In this document: one piece after another, positions 56,551-64,000 of the stretch
Numbering within the stretch: position 1 is the first letter of the stretch
Layout: each line of letters starts with the position of its first letter
Assembly: GCA_963781225.1 (NCBI GenBank)
Contig: CAWAFD010000004.1
Coordinates: 32,353 to 96,352, forward strand
Direction: 5' to 3'
Length of the DNA: 64,000 nucleotides
DNA from: an uncultured Actinomycetota bacterium
GTDB taxonomy: Bacteria; Actinomycetota; Actinomycetes; Streptosporangiales; Streptosporangiaceae
Position numbers and translations under genes: made by a program
The notes under the pieces: model-generated
What the model saw: the letters and a program-made list of their open reading frames with translations, nothing else
Databases searched by the model: none
What the model was told of the DNA's origin: nothing

Positions 56551-57261
56551 CCGCGCCGGATGGTGGCGTGCGCCGGCCAGAGCCGTGCCCGCCCGGCGCT
56601 GCACGCAGGACCGGTCAGGCCACCTCGGCCTGCAGCTGGTCCTGGTCCTGTCGTACCGGTCCTGGTCATCGTCCTCGATCACGTCCCGGATATCGTCCTC
56701 GAGGTCGAACTCCAGTTCAGGAGTGCGTTCCCGGGTGAGCTGCTCCAGGCCGTACCGCTCGACGTGGTCCGGGTCGCTCAGGCTGATCGTCCGCAGTCCC
56801 TGGGCCGCCAGCCGTGCGTTGATCTCGTCCAGGTGGTTGCGGACGAGATCCTTCTCGGCGTCGGTGATCTTGCCCTTGTGCGGCTTGCCCGCGTGCTCCC
56901 GGGTGGTGTAGTCCAGCCGGTCGCCGCGTGCGGAGCCGTTCCCCGAGGCCCGCGTGCTGCGCCGGGCCGGGCGCGCGGCGATGAGCAGTTCCTCGATCGG
57001 CGTATCGGTGGCCAGCTTGCCGAACGCATCGGCCTCCATGACAATGCGGCGCGGCTCGATGTCGTCGGGCAGGTACACATCCACGACCGCGACCCGCAGG
57101 GCGGCCTGCTCCATGGCCTCGGCTTCCTCGGTGAGCGCCTCGATCTCGACCGGGCCTTCGCCCAGCTCGGGATGCTCGTGTACCACGATGCGTGCCAGTG
57201 CGTCGTCATGCGTGATGAGCTGGCCGCTCAGGTCGCTGAACCGGACAGTCTTCTGACCCAT
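56479..57261 (-). CDS. Conserved hypothetical protein with an Lsr2-like N-terminal pattern and an acidic C-terminus
   Basis: ATG at 57261 after gagaggga. MGQKTVRFSDLSGQLI...PVEIEALTEEAEAM resembles the Lsr2 dimerisation-domain pattern (weak call). The C-terminus is uncertain: an alternative frame gives ...QDQDQLQAEVA-stop at 56615, which would remove the overlap with the neighbouring gene. Confidence 0.5.
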   Translation of the reverse strand: MGQKTVRFSDLSGQLITHDDALARIVVHEHPELGEGPVEIEALTEEAEAMEQAALRVAVVDVYLPDDIEPRRIVMEADAFGKLATDTPIEELLIAARPARRSTRASGNGSARGDRLDYTTREHAGKPHKGKITDAEKDLVRNHLDEINARLAAQGLRTISLSDPDHVERYGLEQLTRERTPELEFDLEDDIRDVIEDDDQDRYDRTRTSCRPRWPDRSCVQRRAGTALAGARHHPARSADDLDEENPGVVDGADNTQQAC

Positions 57262-57481
57262 GCTCGATCCCTCTCTAGACGCTGGTGCGAGCGCGTTCAG
57301 CGGCCCCGCCGCGATCCGCCGGGCCGCGATCGGGTGAACGCATGGATCACCCTGCCGCACGGCCATTCGCTTGTCAAACTTCAGTTCGATCGGCGTGTCT
57401 CTATACGAAACTAGTCGCGATTAGCGCGTGACCTGGCCTGTCGCGCCCGCTCCGGCAGGGCACCGGGTACAGACTTGACTC

Positions 57482-58537
57482 ATGACCGACGCCGGCACAT
57501 CCGCGGGCCCGCCGGAGCCGGCCGCGCCCCAGGAACAGCGCTCACCCCAGGAAACAGCGCTCACCCCAGGAACAGGAGCAGCTTCCCGCCGCGCTCGCCG
57601 CCGCGCTGGCCGCCTTCGAGCGTTCCCTGGGCTCGGAGCGCTCGCTGTCGCCGCACACGGTCCGCGCCTACGTCGGCGACATCAGGTCCCTGCTCGAGCA
57701 CGCCCGCGGTCACGGTATCCGGGCGCCGGAGGGACTGGACGTCGCCGTGCTGCGCGGCTGGCTGGCCGTCCAGCACGAGTCGGGCGCGGCCCGCGCCACG
57801 CTGGCCCGCCGCGGCGCGGCGGCCCGGGCATTCACCGCGTTCGCGCACCGGCGCGGCTGGCTGCCCGCCGACCCCGGGCCGCAGCTGGGCACGCTGAAGT
57901 CCCGCCGGACCCTGCCGCACGTGCTCCGCCAGGACGAGATGCGCGCCGTGCTGACCAGCCTGGATACAGCGGCCGAACGCGCCGGGTCCGCCGCCCGGCA
58001 GGCCGGACCCGGACGAGCAGGCGCAGGCGGCGGTGATCCTGCGGGACGCCGCGGTGCTCGAGCTGTTCTACGCCGCCGGCATCCGCGTCAGCGAGCTGTG
58101 CGGGCTGGACGCCGGGCCAGCTGGATCACAGCCGCCGCACCATCCGGGTCCGGGGCAAGGGGGACAAGGAGCGCACCGTGCCCGTTGGCGTGCCGGCCCT
58201 GGCCGCGGTCTCGCGCTGGCTGGACGCGGGCCGCCCGGCGCTGGTCACCCCGGCCAGCGGGGCCGCCCTCTTTCTGGGCGTTCGCGGCGGCCGCCTGGAT
58301 CCGCGGACGGCCCGCCGGATCGTGCACGAGCGCCTGCGCGAGGGGGGAGCGACCAGGGACACCGGGCCGCACGGCATCCGGCACAGCGCCGCCACCCACC
58401 TGCTCGAGGGCGGCGCCGACCTGCGCAGCGTCCAGGAGATCCTCGGCCACTCCTCACCCGCGACCACCCAGATCTACACGCATGTGTCCATCGAGCGGCT
58501 CAAGTCCAGCTACCGCCAGGCCCATCCCCGCGCCTAG
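57482..58537 (+). pseudogene. xerC: Tyrosine recombinase XerC, three frame disruptions
   Basis: It is read as four segments across the three reading frames. The first is MTDAGTSAGPPEPAAPQEQRSPQE from the ATG at 57482. The second is LPAALAAALAAFERSLGSERSLSPHTVRAYVGD...LPHVLRQDEM. The third is [35 protein letters not shown]. The fourth is [23 protein letters not shown]...[39 protein letters not shown]. Confidence 0.85.
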
Positions 58538-58882
58538 CCGCCGGCACAGGCCCTGAAACGGCCGAACGGGCTGCGCGCCAGCTTCAGCTCAATCACCCGG
58601 CGCTCCGCTCCCGGCGAACCCCGGGAATGCACGAGGCCCCGGCGGTGTCAAGTATCCTTGAACCGGTCGCCGAAGCCACGCCGCAATGGTGTGTGTCCCC
58701 GGCGGCTAAATCGCGTGCCCGTTTGCTCTCCGGGATAGCAACGCTACCCGGCGAGACGCGCCGCTCGGTCCGCCGGCCACCAGGCCGGCCGCTGGCGCGT
58801 TATTCGCGGGCACCAGGAACTAACCGAGCAGCGCCGCCGCCTCGAAGCGCGAGCGGCGCACGAAGGAAAGGACCGTGCCCTC

Positions 58883-59902
58883 ATGGCCCAGGTCGTCAGC
58901 ATGAAGCAGCTCCTGGAGAGCGGTGTCCATTTCGGTCACCAGACCAGGCGCTGGAACCCGAAGATGAAGCGGTACATCTTCACCGAGCGCAACGGCATTT
59001 ACATCATCGACTTGCAGCAGTCGCTCGACTACATCGACCGCGCCTTCGAGTTCATCAAGGAGACCGTCGCGCACGGCGGGACCATCCTGTACGTCGGCAC
59101 CAAGAAGCAGGCCCAGGAGGCCATCGCCGAGCAGGCCCGCCGGGTCGGGATGCCGTTCGTGAACCAGCGCTGGCTGGGCGGCATGCTCACCAACTTCTCC
59201 ACCGTGTACAAGCGGCTGCAGCGGCTCAAGGAACTCGAGGAGATCGACTTCAACGACGTGGCCGGCTCCGGCATGACCAAGAAGGAGCTGCTGCACCTGC
59301 GTCGCGAGCACGACAAGCTGGACCGGACGCTGGGCGGGATCCGGGACATGTCCCGGGTGCCGAGCGCCGTCTGGGTGGTGGACACCAAGAAGGAGCACAT
59401 CGCCGTCAACGAGGCCCGCAAGCTGGGCATCCCGGTCGTCGCCATCCTGGACACCAACTGCGACCCGGACGAGGTCAACTACCCAATCCCGGGTAACGAC
59501 GACGCGATCCGCAGCGTCGCCCTGCTGACCCGGGTGGTGGCCGACGCGGTGGCTGAGGGCCTCATCGCCCGGGCCGGCGCGGCTGGCGGCGACGAGAAGC
59601 CCGGCGGCGGCGCGGTGGGAACCGAGGAGCCGCTGGCCGAATGGGAGCGCGAGCTGCTCGAGGGCTCCCAGGCCTCCGCCGACGCCCAGGCCGTCAACGC
59701 GGCCGGCCCTGCCGACGCCGCGACCGCCGTGGTCCCGCCGGACTCGCAGTCGACCGGAGTCGCCGCGGCCGAAGGCGCCAGCGACGCCGAGATCAACGCT
59801 GAATCCGCTATCACCAGCAATGACGCCGCCGCCGCCGACCAGGCTGACGACCAGGCGGGCATCGCTGAGGCGACCGACGAGGCCGCTACCGAAACTGAGT
59901 GA
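58883..59902 (+). CDS. rpsB: 30S ribosomal protein S2 with an acidic/A-rich C-terminal extension
   Basis: [22 protein letters not shown]...[31 protein letters not shown]. Confidence 0.95.
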   Translation: MAQVVSMKQLLESGVHFGHQTRRWNPKMKRYIFTERNGIYIIDLQQSLDYIDRAFEFIKETVAHGGTILYVGTKKQAQEAIAEQARRVGMPFVNQRWLGGMLTNFSTVYKRLQRLKELEEIDFNDVAGSGMTKKELLHLRREHDKLDRTLGGIRDMSRVPSAVWVVDTKKEHIAVNEARKLGIPVVAILDTNCDPDEVNYPIPGNDDAIRSVALLTRVVADAVAEGLIARAGAAGGDEKPGGGAVGTEEPLAEWERELLEGSQASADAQAVNAAGPADAATAVVPPDSQSTGVAAAEGASDAEINAESAITSNDAAAADQADDQAGIAEATDEAATETE

Positions 59903-59913
59903 AAGACGAGGAC

Positions 59914-60750
59914 ATGGCGAATTTCACCGCCGCTGATGTGAAGCGGCTCCGCGAGCAGACCGGCGCCGGCATGATGGACTGCAAGAACGCGCTCGCCGAG
60001 GCCGACGGCAACATCGAGGCCGCGATCGAGCTGCTCCGCCTCAAGGGCGCCAAGGACGTCAACAAGCGCGCCACCCGCACCGCCGCCAACGGCCTGGTCG
60101 CGGCCGAGCTTGACGGGACCTCGGCCGGCGTGCTCGTCGAGCTGAACTGCGAGACCGACTTTGTCGCCAAGACCGACCTGTTCCAGCAGGTAGCCGGCCA
60201 GATCGCCGCCGCGGCCAGCCAGGCCAAGGCGGCCGACCGGCTGACCCTGCTGAGCACCGAGGTCCGGCCGGGCACCACGGTCGAGCAGGTCATCGAGGAG
60301 GCCAGCGCTAGCCTGAAGGAGAAGCTCGAGCTGGGCCGCTACGCCCGCTTCGAGGGCGGCTTCGTGACCAGCTACCTGCACCGCAGCGACGCGGCCCTGC
60401 CGCCGACCCTGGGTGTCCTGGTCCAGCTGAACTCCGACAACGCCGAGGTGGCCAAGGACCTGGCCCAGCAGGTGGCCGCCATGCGGCCGCTGTATGTGAC
60501 CCGCGACGACGTCCCCGCCGACGTGGTGGAGAAGGAGCGCCGGATCGCCGAGCAGATCACCCGCGACGAGGGCAAGCCCGAGCAGGCCATACCGAAGATT
60601 GTGGACGGCCGGGTAAACGCCTACTTCAAGGATGTCGTGCTCACCGAGCAGGCGTTCGTGAAGGACCAGAAGACCTCGATCAAGCAGGTCCTGGCCAGCA
60701 ACGGCGTCACCGTCACCGGCTTCGCCCGGTTCCAGGTCGGCCAGGCCTGA
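59914..60750 (+). CDS. tsf: Translation elongation factor Ts
   Basis: [30 protein letters not shown] at 59914. Confidence 0.95.
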   Translation: MANFTAADVKRLREQTGAGMMDCKNALAEADGNIEAAIELLRLKGAKDVNKRATRTAANGLVAAELDGTSAGVLVELNCETDFVAKTDLFQQVAGQIAAAASQAKAADRLTLLSTEVRPGTTVEQVIEEASASLKEKLELGRYARFEGGFVTSYLHRSDAALPPTLGVLVQLNSDNAEVAKDLAQQVAAMRPLYVTRDDVPADVVEKERRIAEQITRDEGKPEQAIPKIVDGRVNAYFKDVVLTEQAFVKDQKTSIKQVLASNGVTVTGFARFQVGQA

Positions 60751-62205
<1,455 letters not shown>

Positions 62206-62206
<1 letters not shown>

Positions 62207-63093
62207 TGGATCCCGCCGGACCCGAGGCCGCCGGAACTGAGGCCACCACACCGAAGGCCATCGCGCCCAAGCCGTCCCGGACCGGACGCAACCTCCCGGT
62301 CGCGATCGGCGTCGGCGCCCTGCTCGGCGGCCTGGTGCTGCTTACGCTGCTCACCGTCAAGGCCACGTTCCTGATCTACGTCGGGGTGGCCCTGCTCATC
62401 GCCCTGCACGAGCTGGCCGGGGCGCTGGCCAAGCGCGATATCAAGATCCCGGTGATCCTGCTCGGAGCCGGCCTGGTCGCGGTGGTGACCTGCGAGTACT
62501 GGCTGGGGCCGCAGGCCGCGCTGGCCGCCCTGGCGCTGACCGCGATCGCCGTCTTCGCCTGGCGCCTGCCGGGCGGGACGGCCGGCTACGTCAAGGACGT
62601 CACCGCGAGCGTATTCGCCGCGGTCTACCTGGCGTTCCTGCCGTCGTTCGTGGTGGCCATGCTGACCCCGCACGATGGCCCGCGCCGGGTGCTGACCTTC
62701 GTCATCCTGACCGTCTGCAGCGACATCGGCGGCTACTTCGCCGGCATCACGCTCGGCCGGGCCGGCCGTCACCTGATGGCCCCGCTCATCAGCCCGAAGA
62801 AGACCTGGGAGGGCTTCACCGGCTCGGTCATCGCCTGCCTCATCGGCGGCTGGCTGTGCCTGACCCTGCTGCTGCACGGTCACTGGTGGCAGGGTCTGCT
62901 GACCGGCGCGGCCGCGGTCCTGGCGGCCATCCTGGGCGACCTGGTCGAGTCCATGATCAAGCGGGACCTGGACATCAAGGATATGGGCACGCTGCTGCCC
63001 GGCCACGGCGGCCTGCTGGACCGCCTCGACTCCCTCATCGTCGTCGCCCCCGTGGTCTGGCTCCTCCTCTACGCCTTCATCCCCGTCCACTAA
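62206..63093 (+). CDS. cdsA: Phosphatidate cytidylyltransferase
   Basis: Multi-TM protein with the C-terminal signature SMIKRDLDIKDMGTLLPGHGGLLDRLDS. Confidence 0.9.
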
Positions 63094-63243
63094 ACCCCCC
63101 GCCCGCCAAACGGACCGGGGAAGATTATGACTTTGGGGAAATTCCAGTGCCCTATGACCCACCCGATCTTCCCCAGAATCCGGATCTTCCCCGATGCTCG
63201 GGGATCGTCGCGGGCCCGGCAGCAATCGCGCCGGTAAGCGCTG

Positions 63244-64000
63244 CTAGGCCCCTACAACCCAGCTGCGGTTCTGTGCGGCGAGCCGTTTGACCAGGCTGGC
63301 CGATCCATGCTCCTTGGCCAGTTGCCGGTCGCGCTCGGAGATCGGCACCACCCAAAGCCAGCGCACCGGATCCCCGCCGAACGTGAACCCGGACAGCTCC
63401 GGCGGCACCGGCCCCGGCAGCGATCCGGGGGAATCGAGCAGCAGCACCGAGCCGTAGCCCTCGCCGAGCGGGAACGTCGACGGATCGTCGTACCAGCGCA
63501 CGCTGTGCCCGGGACCGAACCAGGTGACCGCGCGCCACGGGTAGGTGGCCAGCCACAGGAACACCCGGGCCGCCTGGGCGCTCGGCAGAGTGGTGGCCAT
63601 CGCCAGCTCGATCCGGGCGTAATCACTCGGGTCGTCGAGCACCTGCTCGACCACGGGCATCCGCTGGCAGCTCATACCCACGGTGGACATGATCGTGTAG
63701 GGCCGGTGCGGGCCAGCAGGCCGTTCGGTCACTCCGGTCACAGGCTGGTTGCCAGCTGACGCGTCCCAGTAGTGCCCCCCGGGGCCCAGGCGCGGCTCCA
63801 GATGGCCGAGCAGGGCCTGCTGGAACTGGCTCCAGCCGGTGGCAGACTGCCGCCAGCGCCAGTAAGCCCGGGACCGGTCCAGCCGCGGCGCCAGCCCCTC
63901 CATGGCGTCGTCCAGCGACCAGCCGAACGGGGTCTGGCCGATCACGTCGCTGCTGTAACCGGGCATGCCCCGGTCCATGTCGGACCAGCCGGCGATCACG
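63244..64000 (-). CDS. Suppressor-of-fused (SUFU)-like domain protein, 5-prime end possibly beyond the window
   Basis: MSTVGMSCQRMPV...ELAMATTLP...WLATYPWRAVTWFGPGHSV...FTFGGDPVRWLWVVPISERDRQLAKEHG. The ORF is open to the window edge. Confidence 0.6.
   Translation of the reverse strand, partial: VIAGWSDMDRGMPGYSSDVIGQTPFGWSLDDAMEGLAPRLDRSRAYWRWRQSATGWSQFQQALLGHLEPRLGPGGHYWDASAGNQPVTGVTERPAGPHRPYTIMSTVGMSCQRMPVVEQVLDDPSDYARIELAMATTLPSAQAARVFLWLATYPWRAVTWFGPGHSVRWYDDPSTFPLGEGYGSVLLLDSPGSLPGPVPPELSGFTFGGDPVRWLWVVPISERDRQLAKEHGSASLVKRLAAQNRSWVVGA

Noticed and set aside
63127-63240. 37-codon ORF (MTLGKFQCPMTHPIFPRIRIFPDARG...) in the cdsA/SUFU-like spacer.
   Set aside because: Third-position GC is low relative to real genes here, there is no RBS, and the sequence is built from the GGGGAAGAT-type repeats.

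Overview
High-GC (roughly 70% by eye) actinobacterial chromosomal DNA. All family calls come from motif recognition in the supplied translations; no searches were run.

Layout:
- ~1-17.7 kb is accessory-type content. It holds an IS remnant, a merR + ABC-2 exporter operon flanked by inverted IS-end remnants, and an ECF sigma/anti-sigma-like pair. It also holds an alternative-oxidase-like di-iron protein, an apparently intact IS5-family element, a flavin monooxygenase and an alpha/beta hydrolase. The rest is a LuxR-type two-component system with a second ABC-2 exporter, a cupin with a third ABC-2 exporter, and a glycoside hydrolase + GT28 glycosyltransferase pair.
- ~18-63 kb is the conserved actinobacterial housekeeping backbone: rsmD-coaD-DUF177-rpmF-rnc-mutM, smc-ftsY-glnB-glnD-ffh, rpsP-KH-rimM-trmD-rplS-lepB-lepB-rnhB-DUF2469, yraN-yifB-dprA-xerC, rpsB-tsf-pyrH-frr-cdsA.
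- The backbone is interrupted by variable blocks: an AbiEi/DUF559-like gene, ligB, a liv-type ABC importer with a GntR regulator, a HAD + GH65 phosphorylase + epimerase block, and a SUFU-like gene at the right edge.
- I found no rRNA, tRNA or CRISPR array.

Two window-wide patterns stand out:
1. About ten single-nucleotide frame disruptions fall in seven otherwise recognisable genes, including mutM and xerC. Those that could be localised sit at short homopolymers or G/C-rich runs.
2. Perfect or near-perfect tandem repeats of 5-52 nt are unusually frequent, mostly in frame inside coding regions.

I did not find a clear-cut novel multi-gene system. The best leads are the IS-end-bracketed merR/ABC cassette, the non-coding repeat array next to the AbiEi/DUF559-like gene, the PII/GlnD pair lacking amtB, and the SUFU-like gene at the window edge.
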